This document shows positions 32,101 through 43,600 of a DNA stretch of 64,000 nt, piece by piece. This stretch comes from Candidatus Omnitrophota bacterium (GTDB lineage: Bacteria > Omnitrophota > Gorgyraeia > Tantalellales > Tantalellaceae): assembly GCA_015231405.1 (NCBI GenBank), contig JADGBR010000009.1, positions 25,423 through 89,422 of the forward strand, given 5' to 3'. Every line of letters begins with the position of its first letter. The stretch's first letter is position 1. The position numbers were made by a program, and so were the translations under genes. The notes under the pieces are model-generated. The model saw only the letters and a list, made by a program, of their open reading frames with translations. It searched no databases and was not told where the DNA came from.

Positions 32101-34625
32101 TCACCCGGAATGTCCCCACCAGTAGCGGATGTCTTAATGACCGGTACGGGCACGGCTTCCGGAACGGCGGACGGCGCTGCCACATAGACAGCTTGTCTGG
32201 CTGCTATTTCCCCGTAAGCGCTCCTTACCCTCACGAAAAACGCGTTTAAACGTTCCGCTATAGTATCGCCGTTCGATCCTTGTAAAGTTCCATAGAGCGC
32301 CGCGTAATCGTAGGGTATCTTTATTCCCTTGATGTCCCTGATCAGCCCGATGATATTCCGGTCGGAAGGCTCGGCCTTATCGTGATAGATCTTTTCGGCC
32401 ATCTGCTTTACCACAGCATCGTTGTCAGCCAGTCCGTCAAGAACCGGCTCAAGTTCCATACCGGCAACTACGGAACGCTGTATGAGAGCGCGTATCTCAG
32501 GCATGGCATGGCCTTCATCCGTCACGCCATCTAAAGTCCTTAACGCTTCTGCGAAATCATCCGGAGTTCCGGGCTTAGACGGTTCCATGGGCACTTTCAT
32601 TCTGGCGTTAAAAGCCCTTCTCTCGGCCGGGGAAGTTATCCTGAACTCATATTTAAGAGGCTGACCGTTCTTAACGGCCTCCCGCACTATGGTAACGAAA
32701 GTCACGACCGGAGAATTACCGTCATATATCACCGCGCATCCGCTGACCTTTCTGACGGTGATATTGTCGATGAACCGCCCGAAGGTTTCCGCAGCGATAA
32801 CCGGCCTTCCGGGCCCGGCAGAATGAGCGTCATAGTGAACGGCATAATCGGCTTTCCATTTTGCCTTTAACGACACGGTATCAGCTCCGCGAAGCGATGC
32901 TTCACCGAGAGAATAGAAAACAACGGGCCTTACGATATCAAAAGCATACTCGGGATCTTTAGACAGTCTTTCGGGGGTCAGTTCGTCAAAAAAGCCTTTT
33001 AATGCCAGCTGATACCTGCCGGCATCAAGCACTTTTTCGTACCGGCTCTTTTTATTAGTGAGCACCGCGATATACGGTCTTTCATTCCCTTCCGCGTATT
33101 TAGGTATAACTATGAGATACGATAAGCCTTTCTTACGCATGAGCTCGGAGAGACCGTCGGCGTGATATCCACCGGTAATAAGGGCAGCGACGTTCCTTCC
33201 CTCCTCCCTCATCCTCTTTACCGTGTTATCGATGATAGACCTGTTCCTTATCTCCGCGTCAAGATAGAACCGCATCGCCGGGTCTATCCCGCTCTCGATC
33301 GCGTTAAGATCGTACGCTCCGGCTGCCGGCACGCCGTATTTGGCGCTCCACTTCCTTAAAAGACGCGCCCATTTGCCCGCTCCAAAGTCCCTCCTCCTCT
33401 CTTCTATCGCCTGGAACTCTCCGCTTGAAAGCTCCATGGAATACAGCTGCTTTAACATCCTGACGTCGTTCATCATCGAGTATAGCTCGCGCTCGTCAGA
33501 GTTCCTGTAAAGTCCTTCCATGACCCTTGACTCGGCGAGCGCCGCGTCACGGTAAAGCCCGGCCACATTGATAGAGTTGTATATCGAGACATATCTCGTG
33601 TATTTTATGAGATCGCCGAACCCTTCGCTATCTATCCCGTTCGATCCCGCGAGTTTTAGCAGATATCCGTGGAACTCCGCCTCGGCTATGCGCCTATTCT
33701 TAAACGATACTGATCTAGAGACGAGCTCTTCAAGCGACCTTTTATCCAGTACTCCGGCAAGGCTGTCTATGAGCCTTTTCCGCTGGGCGTTCGCGAGTGA
33801 AAAATCTATGGAATCCTCAAGCGTGACGGATTCCACCAGTTTATCAAGCTCCTTGTATTCCCCGATATCCACGCCGGACCGCCTGAGCATAGGCCCGGTT
33901 TTTCGCCAATAGCCCTTAAAGCTTTTTTCGCCCGAACGGTGCGCTATGCAGTTCGCGTGAAATTCCCTGAGTTCCTCCGACGAACACTTAGCCTCGAACG
34001 CTTCCAGCTGAGCTAGAAGCGAATCGATATTAGAGCGTTCCTCCGACATCATGCCGGCGAGTTTTCCGAAACTCTCAACGTTCTTCGCGTATAGATCCTC
34101 ATCCTCTATACCGTATAGCGCTATATCCTTAGAGGAAGTCACGTCGAAGAACTCTCCGGCGCTCATCCTGCCTTCACTCATAAAATGACCTGCCGTATCC
34201 CGCCTTATATCCTTATCCGGAAATGTTTTCAAAACGGAAGTATCGATATACCCGGTAGAACCCTCTACCGCCACCAGAGACAATTCGTAATCATTGGCCA
34301 GCGAATCGAGAAGTTCAGCTATGGAATACTGCGCGGATAGCGACGAATGGGCGTCCTGGATATTGACTATGAGCTCTTTTCCGCCGGTCGAATTCACTTC
34401 GCTTACACCCGCTAGGTCGTAAGGGATCGCAATATTTCCCCGTTCAGGATTATCCCCCGGAAAGGTTGTCCTTTGTATTTCGGCATATTCCCACGATGAC
34501 GAGACATCGGCCGTAAAGCCGCTTTCCTGCCAGAAGAAAACGAAGGCAACGAGAAGTGCAATCGTTCGGATAAATAACGGATAAGAGCTGTTCTCTTTCT
34601 TACCGCGTGAGAAGTTTTTTGACAT
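26151..34625 (-). CDS. Giant multidomain membrane protein (gene A), 2824 aa. Domains are the N-terminal conserved domain, a PTS Enzyme-I-like phosphoHis domain, a PEP-utilizing TIM barrel, an HPr-like domain and the shared C-terminal domain
   Basis: Complete ORF from the track, ATG at 34623-34625 and TGA at 26151-26153. Hydrophobic signal-anchor at residues 20-32, further helices at 857-905 and 996-1018. It shares N- and C-terminal domains with B, C and D. Confidence 0.9.
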   Translation of the reverse strand: MSKNFSRGKKENSSYPLFIRTIALLVAFVFFWQESGFTADVSSSWEYAEIQRTTFPGDNPERGNIAIPYDLAGVSEVNSTGGKELIVNIQDAHSSLSAQYSIAELLDSLANDYELSLVAVEGSTGYIDTSVLKTFPDKDIRRDTAGHFMSEGRMSAGEFFDVTSSKDIALYGIEDEDLYAKNVESFGKLAGMMSEERSNIDSLLAQLEAFEAKCSSEELREFHANCIAHRSGEKSFKGYWRKTGPMLRRSGVDIGEYKELDKLVESVTLEDSIDFSLANAQRKRLIDSLAGVLDKRSLEELVSRSVSFKNRRIAEAEFHGYLLKLAGSNGIDSEGFGDLIKYTRYVSIYNSINVAGLYRDAALAESRVMEGLYRNSDERELYSMMNDVRMLKQLYSMELSSGEFQAIEERRRDFGAGKWARLLRKWSAKYGVPAAGAYDLNAIESGIDPAMRFYLDAEIRNRSIIDNTVKRMREEGRNVAALITGGYHADGLSELMRKKGLSYLIVIPKYAEGNERPYIAVLTNKKSRYEKVLDAGRYQLALKGFFDELTPERLSKDPEYAFDIVRPVVFYSLGEASLRGADTVSLKAKWKADYAVHYDAHSAGPGRPVIAAETFGRFIDNITVRKVSGCAVIYDGNSPVVTFVTIVREAVKNGQPLKYEFRITSPAERRAFNARMKVPMEPSKPGTPDDFAEALRTLDGVTDEGHAMPEIRALIQRSVVAGMELEPVLDGLADNDAVVKQMAEKIYHDKAEPSDRNIIGLIRDIKGIKIPYDYAALYGTLQGSNGDTIAERLNAFFVRVRSAYGEIAARQAVYVAAPSAVPEAVPVPVIKTSATGGDIPGEPAHSFRVISGVRWYGISLVTAWALVYFGLSNMAAAHGLTWCSAAIMGAGFYAGYASIRFYLIKGEAYRALTRWKLSEIEASEGRSYLTSEEKEGLKGVHLAGVTLKGVQRPHAAFWLINKQWVRRNILSHELAEHRALKLMKRLNIPSDPGVRAGIAHFLGMLVLLPAINLFVGIPKEFVREEVTPQRQPQKTGAPVVPAGLYEGASGAVLDRISKEADLINSLKSLSDLPEELKAAEPIPFEFARAVMERMFVPYHIVRHADYLYDEIFDLWTAYRMSEKAASEGVKKYFVVLNDRRRYIPSDVEKGLEGAGPMTQIMISTTDRAGDFRAISDRISSSGILPLIETRGMYHHIYPARPLESGNQAEIFLSLFQFQRSLSEKEELSDEQLSGLYDSYRKTGPTASEGVFEIVGSLEKEREAYAGTIRKYRALMDGAVICRSNGIPGAILDGYAVVLDVGRETIEENELTGKAVVPEDDLDKERMHLQSVLGSRIKYYDKAMDMAHDERERSIAQGMYGALMEIYREVDLKEEGTPKPSAARQVFSKVYRLYRNNRLGVDNGDSTNNLMVNLVRTLDRGYIAGEREKELEQAKLSSCFERAKNGDKLEALGPGTIKHAEIVFAGVSDIMRDKGYTARFALRLWYEMNFSVDAVAQLHSEELMFKALAIKAIISGIIDLLLEEMDLEDVVLGEVEAEMKKAEALSRPPVVMTRTLIRDDLLLRALTEKYGVKFYVSSHGSTTEHVAIIATGMGALLVLGIPEIFFDEKIRMGEKVSIIYKEVTGSETDVAKVHLGEPTTEIFQDYMEGRVMSGFYASMEAASRKADDSAKTMDGADVKVYGNINLYGNKEEAVRAVREMYERYGASGIALGRTEYMYGVKGVEPGIASMSELFRSIADVADKPVTLRTFDRENDKICSALPSVKDDEGREINSFDYYRTEPGRWALKNQVKAIMTANVRSRYGNIRMMFPMVKTIKDMEFIKSVLAECRRELLDKISDLDVARIDGLAIGIMVETLEAAADIRDILTFDLGEGKRLKFLSVGSNDLTSAVSGKPRTDISDADFNKTVLEKIDQVMAAASENGVSVSICGDYARLDKTLFFSMYFLKKYGIPLFQGVLPELITKVKTNIGFTSAENVFELLKGWEGIPDKEIEAKILEKVRVRFDRMRGSPEFNRLMAESMTNVSRKLEGRPVEDVRAEEPSPAKASGMKETAGPIMPEIRDEREVEVPLELLVVTPNGVHMRVSDLIIRKLMELKLKMKVNGILKDGTSLSMECDSMLVLLEYAMECGSKVGFDVKGAKTDVEKFIDFLAGVLDDGYLGEHPGAEPTDARAFEVRVKGEDQPRVYGEKGAPIAEATIQASDIRVIHGFTVGAGTDKIVTPQGIDWKDIAAAVEEILPKYPDVRFAIINDGKKYDKGGVSEINTGLSREMLILTEGERAGALLDEIKPYMVLGMKKISYKFVLSNKLDFGDISNCRALANLCAGYCKGDTKLFIRVGIKSKTFIGNAGIVSNWNKLDLEDGEKIIFFIEEDEEATAGDARIAGFPEKLAAALTPGGEHPFFSVRQWARFIANARFAAETGKIGDIKPVRERFVIGIEEFQGFEEADIDAELAKFPRDEFVFIVLPETQNAFDASKNIDTISKIAEARGIALTGIVKAEALSGVKGGVSEQVKAIVSQLETHEARMEVLDKSEALDALMRGKDGGTAPFTSLRLGKYKEVYAGVSSIMEKMFLPVIMPLINDLGLYNMNFSEISSDSTPQDSLTKDAVNYMAGEIKTADGRKDALMVKVRTFGELKMIAEAYRKRGAKHDIRIVLAPVTAGEEQLVRVSRRTGKAKLLKEMGIKYLKEENIELLTIDEAKARTAAAIAVELFPAETYITVFDPDAMCSEDALPENIRVIAYKNGDDSSAIATGEIYDAALNFIAYWASIGHSEFDNDRFMAYLKDKKLFGFNIAGGLLKYIPRIIKIDYLELREAIEGYRRALISA
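26154..26918 (-). other. Domain in A: shared C-terminal domain
   Basis: KMFLPVIMPLINDLGLYNMNFSEI ... ending YLELREAIEGYRRALISA. It is homologous to the C-termini of B (ELESRRQALWSA), C (NEFKRYQEILTRA) and D. Confidence 0.6.
28146..28418 (-). other. Domain in A: HPr-like phosphocarrier domain
   Basis: VVTPNGVHMRVSDLIIRKLMELKLKMKVNGILKDGTSLSMECDSMLVLLEYAMECGSKVGFDVKGAKTDVEKFIDFLAGVL aligns with HPr (APNGLHTRPAAQFVKEA ... SNGKSASAKSLFKLQTLGL ... EGEDEQKAVEHLVKLMAEL), including the active-site His. Confidence 0.55.
28776..29528 (-). other. Domain in A: PEP-utilizing enzyme C-terminal TIM-barrel domain (Enzyme-I-like)
   Basis: IALGRTEYMYG matches RTEFLFM. VTLRTFDRENDK matches IRTLDIGGDK. YGNIRMMFPMVKTIKDMEF matches GNLRIMFPMI. 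IGIMVETLEAAADIRD...FLSVGSNDLTSAV matches IGIMVETPAA...FSIGTNDLTQY. Confidence 0.7.
29751..29903 (-). other. Domain in A: PEP-utilizing enzyme mobile (phospho-histidine) domain
   Basis: SSHGSTTEHVAIIATGMGALLVLGIPEI (residues 1576-1603) matches the GGRTSHAAIIARELGIPAVVG signature of PTS Enzyme I, PPDK and PEP synthase, including the catalytic His. Confidence 0.6.
33096..34373 (-). other. Domain in A: conserved N-terminal domain (tentatively TIKI/TraB/GumN-like)
   Basis: IVNIQDAHSSLSAQYSIAELLDSLANDYELSLVAVEGSTGYIDTS at residues 86-130 and ALITGGYHADGLSELMRKKGLSYLIVIPKY at residues 482-510 are closely similar to D and recognisably similar to B. Confidence 0.45.
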
Positions 34626-34697
34626 TATCTTATATCTATCCTGTGAACAGCGGCTTCTAACTCCGCCATTGAAATCCTAATTTCATACATCAAAACA

Positions 34698-37600
34698 TTA
34701 CGCTGACCATAGAGCCTGACGTCGGCTCTCAAGTTCCGCCCGGGCGTCAACCGGCATAGCCGGCATGTTCATGAGCAGTCCCTTTATGAAATTGACCACG
34801 GCCTGTATCGACCGTTGGTCCGCGGGAAGAAGGTTGGTATCCTTGACCTCGTCGAAGCTCATCATAAAATATATATCGGACGGGGACACCCTTCTGCCGG
34901 TGAACTGCGTGAACAACACTTCCAATTGGTCCAGGTCTTTTTTATCCACTTGTTTATCGACAACCCGTACCGCCGAGAGGACCGATCCGGCGGCCAGCAT
35001 CTCAAGATTGTAATACATACCGTTATCCTTGAGGCCTGACACATCGGGCAATGCCGGGAGTTTGACGGCTTTTGAAAGGATCGCGCTTTCAACGCCGGTT
35101 TCGGTATCAGCGTTCTCATAATTTGCCACTGTTCCGAGTAAAACCTGGCGCGCGTCAGCCCTTAAAGAGCCGGCCCTGATCTCCGAGAAACCGACTTCCG
35201 AGTTGAACGTGATTATTCTGGCATCTATCCCAAGTTTCGTCCTGAGTACCTGCTCCAGCTCCCTTTTCTCATCGCCCGTGAAGGCTTCTTTGGGCATTAT
35301 ATAATCTATCTTTTCACCGTTGAGTTTAGCCGAGTAGGCCTTGGCTGTCTGGAACGCCTTAACTATGGTTTTTTCAGGACCCATAGGGATATGCCCGGTA
35401 TATACCCTGGTATCCTCGTCGGCTGACACGAGAGTATATTCCCCTAAACCCGCTGATACCATTTTTCTATCTCCGGATTTCAGGGTAATGATATTCCCAT
35501 CCCCGTCCCTGAGAAGTTTTCCCGTACGGTCCACTATTCTGATCGCTCCTTTCTCAACGGAAAGGATATGGTCAGAACGACTCGCCAACGCGTCAACTTT
35601 CACTGACCCGCCCATAGTCATTGTATACCCGGTCCTCATAAAATTGTCGCCGATCCCGATGATCTCGACCTTCGCGTCCCGCGCGTCAGAAGTGATAAGC
35701 GGCACCGGTGCCGCTTCAAGGGTTTCCACAGTGCGATCGCCCGCGGCGAGCTCACCGGAGGCGTCAATATCCAGAAGATACTTAGTTCCGTCGAGCGCCT
35801 CACCGCTATCGTCAGCCATGACCGCCTGGGGGAAAACCTCTCCCGGAGTTAATTCGCCCTCGCCGGGCATAGCCGCGTCATCGCCGAAGCGCGCCGCGTC
35901 CTGTACGGGAAGTCCGGCCAGGCGTGACCAGTTCTTAGCGACAATACCGCTAAGCCCTTTCGGGTCACCGACTTCAGGCCCTGGGTGGCTATCGCTAAAA
36001 ACGGAAATAGTCCCGTCGCTCATGATACCGAACCCTAATTCTTTGAACTGGTTAAGCTGCAAAAGCGCCCTTATGAGGGGAGGTGCCAGATATCTGCCCT
36101 TTGACGACATCTTCGGGTCCTCGACGTCGAGACCGACGGCTGAAACCCTGTCGCCCGTCCTCTCCCTGACACCTGCCCTGTCGGCCGGTATATAGTGCGA
36201 TTCATAAGCGGTGTAAAGAGAAGGCTCCCTTAAAAGCACGTACGTCATGTAATCCGCTACCATCTCCCAATCGGGTTCCGGTGATCCCTTCTCAGCCTGC
36301 AGATCCGCCCTGTGCTGCACCGACATGAACCTGTAAAGGTCTTCCATCATTGTCGCGGCGGTCGTTCCCGGAGGATCGTTCTCGAAAAGGGCGTTGTGGA
36401 TATAGATCATTAGAGCTACCTTATTATCCCTGATGGCGGCCCCTATCTCCGGTGTTATTATCGCCGAACCGATATTCGATACCAGCGTCGTTGGGAACAT
36501 AAGAAGAAGCCTGGAGTTCCTTATCGCCATTTCCGCGAGCGGATTAGAGGCTACTTTTTCGCTCGGCACAAGGACTTTTATCACTCCCTGGATGTCGCCT
36601 TCGTTTATTGCTTTTCTCAACGCCTCTTTTTGAGCCGCGTCAAGTACCGGGCGTTCCCTTATGACCGTCTTCTGGAACGGCCCCACCTTGGAGATCTCAT
36701 TGAAAGCGTCTTCGGATGGAAGGAACTGTATCCTTGTCGTGGGAACACCGTTTTCGTCTGTCTGGTAAGCCAGACCCGCGAGATGATATCTCCTTAACGT
36801 CACCGGATGTACCCGTCCCTGAACGTCAAGGAAAGTCTCCATTTCCCTTATGGTAAGATACCACGCGATATCGGCGCTGGTAGATCCCGCCTCGATCAGT
36901 ATCGATATTTCACCGTCTATCGCCGCCCTTTCCTCCGTCGAGAGAAAACCGTCCGGGTGGTCAGGAGCGGGTTTCGAAAGAGTAAGGAGCGCCGAACTTG
37001 GCACTGTCCCGCCAGGAAGCGCGTCTATCGCTTCATTGAAACATATCTGTGCGCCCACAAGGGTCATACTCCTCAAAGGCATGTCATATTTCGGGATCTC
37101 CACATTGGCGCAGAACTCCGCGTAAAGAAGGTCCCTAACTATCTGATCTTTCCCGTCCCTGATCAATTGATTGAGGACATGCTCGAGTTTTTCCTCAAGC
37201 GCGAGCACCCTCTCCTCGGGGTCGAGTTTAAGATCGCATAAAAGATGTCCCTGGTTTCGGGTAGGGTTCAGCATCTCCCAGAGCGTATTATCGGTAAGGC
37301 CGATTATGGCGCCCTCGGCGTCCCTCTTCGTCATTTCCGGGTGGGACTTCGCGAAATAAGCGAGTATATTTCCGACGAACGCCCCCCACACCTTTTCAGG
37401 TTCAGCCTTGGTCTTATCCTGTAATATACATTCCCTAAGTTCCGTAAGCGTATGTACCAATATCTCCTTGGCTTCGGCTACGGCCATACCGCCTCTCCTC
37501 ATATCATCCAGACGGCGATTGAACGCGGCTACATAGCCGTTAATAGCTTTAACCTTGGGAGCGTTCTTCGGCGAGACCTGCCCATACTGGGCCATGCGTA

Positions 37601-40600
37601 TCGCCGACGGCACCACCTCACCCTGGGCAGCTTGGCCCGCGAAAGTCTTATTGAAATTGGAGAGCGAAGCGATATTGCTGAACCTCGTGCCTCCGAGTAT
37701 AGCGGCCAATTCCCCGTCAAGAGCGCCGTCCATGAGACATTTACCTATGTCAGGCATGCCCGGAGAGTGGAACATAAGACTGGCCAGAAGCCAGCTCCTG
37801 CCGTCGTCCGTCGCTCCCGGGAACATGTTCATGGCAAGATCATGCCCCCCTATCCCCATAAGCCCCAGCTGTCGCCTGACTTCCTTCAGGAACCAGTTCG
37901 CGCCGCGGCCGCCTCTAAAACATCCCAGGTCAAAAGGCATCTGGTTGCGTAAAGTAACGCCTATGTACGATTCGGGTCCGAAAGCGGCAACGTACAGCGC
38001 CACTATCTCCTCGTCCGATAACCCCTCGCCTCTTTCCGGGGCGATTAGCGCGCCTAAAGCGGCTTTCTTATCGTCAAGATCTCCGCGTCCCAGGGCCGGG
38101 TTCTTGACATAATTCACATACTCGCCGTAAGCGCCCAATAGCGCGAGTATCTGGTCAGGCGCCTTTAACAGAGAATAACGCTGTATCGCCATACCCATCT
38201 CGAACCAATCTCCGTAATCCGAAAGAGCTACCATTTGCCTTGTGTAATTCTTACTTTTTCTGTCGTACGTACTTCCGTCGGTGTTATGCATCTCGACTAC
38301 CGGCCGCTTTACGACCATCAGTTGAGGTTTGATACCTTCGGCCGCGAGAGAAGCTACCTTGTTATAAAGCTCTCTATACCGGCTTTCCTGGCCGCGCACC
38401 GTAACTTTAAGCTGCGCGTAACTGGTCTGATTGGCGGTTGGAGGCCTCGCGCTTATACCCGACTTGACGAACCAATCCCTATACACGGTTTCCGGATCGA
38501 CCACCATGGATATAACTTCTGTCCTATTAATGAGCGCGGTATATAATTTAAGATCAGCTTCGGCATCTTTGGTCCTTTCTCCCACGGCGTCTTTTCTATC
38601 CGAATCGACCTTTAGCATGTCTATGAGAGTCTTGGCTCTTTCGGGCTGTCCATCCTGAACCAGGATACAAAGCGCCGTAGCTACGCTCGTGAACCTGCCG
38701 GCCATAGTAAGGCCCGCTTTTTCTACCGCTGCTTCATCTCCGGATAAAATACTCTTCATCTGCTTATAAGCATGCCCCTCACTATACATGATCAAAGACT
38801 CTGACAAAGTCTCCTCTTCATCCCTTATACCCTGGAAAGTCCCTTCCTTTATATCAGCCCCTTCAGGAATAATAGCCGCCTTTCCTTTTATTTTAACGTT
38901 CTTCAGTATCTTACCGCGTTCCGTGTGTTTCCCATCTTCCAGCCACTGCCCCGCACCGGCCCCGATATATGCTCTATCAGCCAATATCGTACAGTTCCTC
39001 ACCAAAGTCAGCGAATTGATCTGACCGTCCTGGGCCGGCTCATAACTCGTTACCCTACGGGCCATGACAAGTTTATGGTCGCCGAGGATCACCGCCGAAT
39101 CCTTTCTGGGCACAACCAACCCCTGCACACCCCAGCCGTTGCCGATATACAGGCGCCCTTCGGTATTTACCCCGTCGAGATATGTTCCGTTGCCGATCCT
39201 CGTGAATTTGTTCTTGATATCGATCTTACCGGCAAGCACTATCTGGTCTATTATGCGCAGTATCTGTTTCTTTTCCATGTCATACTGTTTCTTTCCGAAC
39301 ATGGAAAGAACATCCTGAACCGTACTTTCGGTAGCCTCTTTAAGGGTCCCGTCAGGGTTATAGCTCAATTTGATGTCTCCCGGCGCGAGCGGAAGAGTGA
39401 GCGGCTGACCGACTATCGCTGGATCCGCGTCAAGAAGGGTGATCAATAAACCCATATTCGCGACGAGCTGCCTTATGACATACTGCGGTTCTTTCGCCCT
39501 GGCGAGGTCTATCGTCTTATCCTCCTCACCGGTATCCTGCTCCCGAAGCTCTTTGAGGTCGCTTAATATCCTTTCCCCGTTCCTGACCTCCTGCAAAAGC
39601 ACTGATTCTATCTGCGATAACTCCTCTCCAAGCAGCACCTCTTTCATTTCCCCGTAAGAGCCGGCATTATCATAGCCTTCATCCTCGCCGGACTTACGAT
39701 AAACATACTCCATGACCTCTTTTCTTTTCTTACGGGCTTCTACGCTGCCCGCGTCCTTCGGCATCCTTTTTTCGGCGACGAATCTGGAATTATTCGAAAG
39801 AGGCAAATTATCCATGAGAAAACTGTCAAAGATCTCGGAATCCCGTCCTATGGTCCTAAGGGAGTTGTTCGCGCCTTTCACTCCCCGTATCGTGGAACCA
39901 TATACCTTACAGTTCCTTCCTACGTGACAGTATCCCAGTATGGCGCTGTTCTTTATTTCGGTAAATTTATTGTCGCTCCCGGAACGTATCTTTGACGTGA
40001 GATCAAGATGCACTTTACCCGAAAGTTTTATCCCGCGCGCCCTACCTTCCGCGGCGTCCTGGAAAACACCACCCGGACCGAATAAACTCTCTTTCACGGA
40101 GGCCAAAGTGAACACCTTCGCCTCAGGCCCGGGATTAAGAGAGATATAGTCCAACCCGCTTATATCCACCCCTCCTTCTTCAAGTATCTTTCTCAGCTCG
40201 AGCTGCCAGAACCTGTTGAACTCGTTCTGGCGCCATGTGTTCTTTATACCGTCCGGAGCGGCCGCGAAACGGGTATAGCCTACGGGTATACGAGCTCCCG
40301 GCTTATTAATGGCGTACCAGTCCCATAACGGGACTATCGGATCGGCCGGAGTACTTTCAAGTATCCCTTTCTTGCTGTCTACCTGTCCCTGCAGGTCCGG
40401 ATGATCATCCACCATCTCTATGAACGTCGACTCGGCCTGCGCTGTCCCGTTCGCCGCCTTTCTCCACGGATTGGAATGTTTTATTGTAGCCATGTCCCTG
40501 TGCATAACGACCACATTGGCGTTTATCGGCACGGTATGTCTCTGCCCGGCCGTAGTATCGGTATGTATGGTCTCGATGAGCGCGTCAACTTCCTCCTCAG

Positions 40601-43600
40601 CCAGATGTTCTATCTTGGAGACAAGGTCCCTCAACTCTTTATTTTCAGGAAGATCCCTGAGAAGCATTAAAAGCGCGCGTTTTTTTGCGTCGATGGGTTT
40701 ATTCCGCCAGTCCTGCAGATGCCTGACGCCACCTCCGAAAAGTGTAAGATCCGCCGGAACTCCCTTATCCGCGACGGCTATCTCATCCTTAAGACCTATC
40801 GTCATTAGATTGTTCTCAGCGACTGCCTCCATCCATGTGACAAGAACCACATCCGCTACCGACTGGTCCTGTATGCCGCAAGCCTCAACGTCGAACCTGA
40901 TATGGTAAGGCACATCGGGCATCTCGCCCGCTCTCTGCATCTCGATATTCTTTTCGACCTGACCGGTAAAACCGCCGCCATAGCCGTGCACGTTCTGGCC
41001 CTCGAGAACGGAATTGGGAGGAAGATTACGCTCCACCCTTCCTTCCGACAAATGTGCGGGGTCCAGAACTTTCGTTATGGGCGACTCTTTATCCGGAGGC
41101 CTTAAGTCCTGAAGGTCCCTGTCATATTTTACCGCCCCGGTCATCAGCCCGTATCTAACCTCATCCGAAAGGTTCTGAAAAACCGAAAAATCGCTTACGC
41201 TTATGCTTACAGGCGCGTCGGCAAGAGTTTCCGTAGCCCCCAGCAAAGTTGTAGCGGTGTTCGATATACCCGTACCCATAGGGCTGACATGCCCTTTGTG
41301 GTTAAGCCCCATCGGGGAATAACGCGCCCCGAACCCGCCGCCAAGGCTGACTATGATGAAACCGAAATGTTTATTGAACACACTGTAAAAACCTCTCTCG
41401 TCATATTCAGATAACGGTTTCTTATCTTCTCTGGCCAGCTTATTCGCCACGGCCCTGAGAAATCTCAAAGAGAGTTCTTCGGCTCTGTCCGAGTCGGTCC
41501 TCTGCCCAGCGATGATATCTTTCTTGATCACTTTCTCTGTCTCTGAACGAAGCGACGGTCTCCCGTTAACGGTTTTGGCTAAAAGCAGGTTCTTAATGGC
41601 CATTTCCTCGGCTTGGCCTTTATCCGCTATCGAGTCTGACACTCTCTGGACCTCGGCGCTGACGACATCCGCGCCGTAAAGAATGTTCAGGCTTTTCAGC
41701 GTCCACGCCCTGTCGGTCGCCGCTTTTCTCGGAGCGAGATAATTCCTCGCCTCGTTGTATTCCCTGTCAAGAAGCCCCTTGGCTTTCTTAAGGTCCCTGT
41801 GTGATTTCCAGTCTATATCCACAACGGGAGGCCTCTGCATGAAAGCTATGTGCTGATTGACGAGCGACGAGAAATACCCGAACATAATATCGTCTTTCGT
41901 CATCTGAGCGGGATTCGTGTCAGGGTGCGACAATGCCTGCCTTACCGCGTCCATGCGGATGGCCACAAGGAGCGGGTCTACAATGGCGTCTTTATCAAGC
42001 CTTTGGAGATCTTTTTCGGTTCCCGCCATAGGCCTGAATATCTTGGATATTATCCTGTCAAGGCTGTCCTGTTTAGCCTGGATCAGCTCATCCGCTATCT
42101 CAAGCCCCTGCTTAAAGGCAACAAGCGGCCTGGGGTCGATCCGGTCCTGGTGAGGTATCACAAAATCCCAGGCAGCTTTCGCGCAGTCGAGACATTCTTT
42201 GAGGTCGCGGCCTTCCACCATGCTTATCATCTGCGGATCGGTAAGAGAAGCCCTGAAAAGCACCCAGGCTCTGTCGGCGCCATGCGAGGGTTCGGTAAAC
42301 CCAAGCCTTACCCCGGACCTCTCATCGAGCCCGCCGTTCGCATTATCCTCCGCCATGAAGATATCGCAGGTGCCTTCGCCGAACCCGGACTCTTTTCTTT
42401 CTGCTTTTCCGAGCGCGCTGTCCCGCATGACTTTTGGGATAACGGCTTTATCTCCGTCGACGAGGTCCATATCAGCCCTATCGACCGGTTTTTTACCTAT
42501 TTCTCCCGGGAGGCCCATCTCGTTACGCACCTCAGAGCATATCGTACGCCGGTATAAACCGACTATCTCGTCAAGCGTCTTGCCGCTGGCCGCCACGGCT
42601 TTTAAGACCTGGCTGGCCGTATACATGCCGTCATCTATGAAAGCATTGTCCCTGAACATGATATGCCCGGATTCTTCTCCGGCTATGATCACGTTCTCGC
42701 CTCTTCCAACCCGTTTTAAGGCCTCGTTGCGGACATAGACGTATCCGGTATTAGCCATGGCGAATTTCGCCCCTTTGGAAACTATACCTTCGCGGACTAT
42801 CATAGAGCTCTTGTTGTTACCTATTATAGTGACGTTCGCCAGATCCGCCGCGTTGGCGCCATCTGTGATCATCTGATCCAGAGCCGCCTCACCCAGAAGC
42901 CTGAGTAAGGCCTGCCCGTTAAGCCTGTTGCCGAACTTGTCAATGAACGCCACCCTGTCCCCGTCTGAATCGAAAGCTATTCCAAGATCGGCTCCTGTCT
43001 GGCGGACCCTGGAGACAAGATCGTTTACAGCTTCTTCCTTGTTAGGGTCCGCGATATGGTTCGGGAAACGCCCGTCTGGATCGCAATAAAGGCGGTCCAC
43101 CGTCACTCCAAGGGCTTCAAGCACATCCGCGTAAAATCCGGCGGTACCGTTACCCGGGTCCACCACGACCTTTTTGCCCCTTAGCGATCCGGCCAGGGGC
43201 TGGAGATCATCTAACAGGAATTGTTTGTAATCTGTAAGACATTTCTTCTCGATGACGCGTTCACCGGCGGGAAGAGGTTCGGCTTTTGTTATGTCGCCGT
43301 CATAAAATTCCCTTTTATTGGCTCTTCTCAGAACCGTCAATAGTTCGCCGCGGGTTATGTCCTCACCCTTGATCGTGAATTTTAGCCCGTTGAACTGCGA
43401 TGCGAGATGACTGGCCGTTATCATGATGGTCGCGTGGATAGGCATCTCCTCTGTCGCGTAATTGTGGTATGCCCATGAAACCATCGGCGTAGTATTGTAT
43501 TTAACGCCCAGGTTCTCCTCTCCTATATATACGACCTTCGCGCCGTTGTCCGTAAGCGCTTTCTCGACCGTCGCCCTTATACGGGGGGAAGTAAGCCTTA

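Noticed and set aside
34626-34697. Small hairpin (GGCGG-AGTTAGAA-GCCGC) in the B-A intergenic region as a terminator or attenuator.
   Set aside because: The stem is only 4-5 bp with no following U-run. It is too weak to call.
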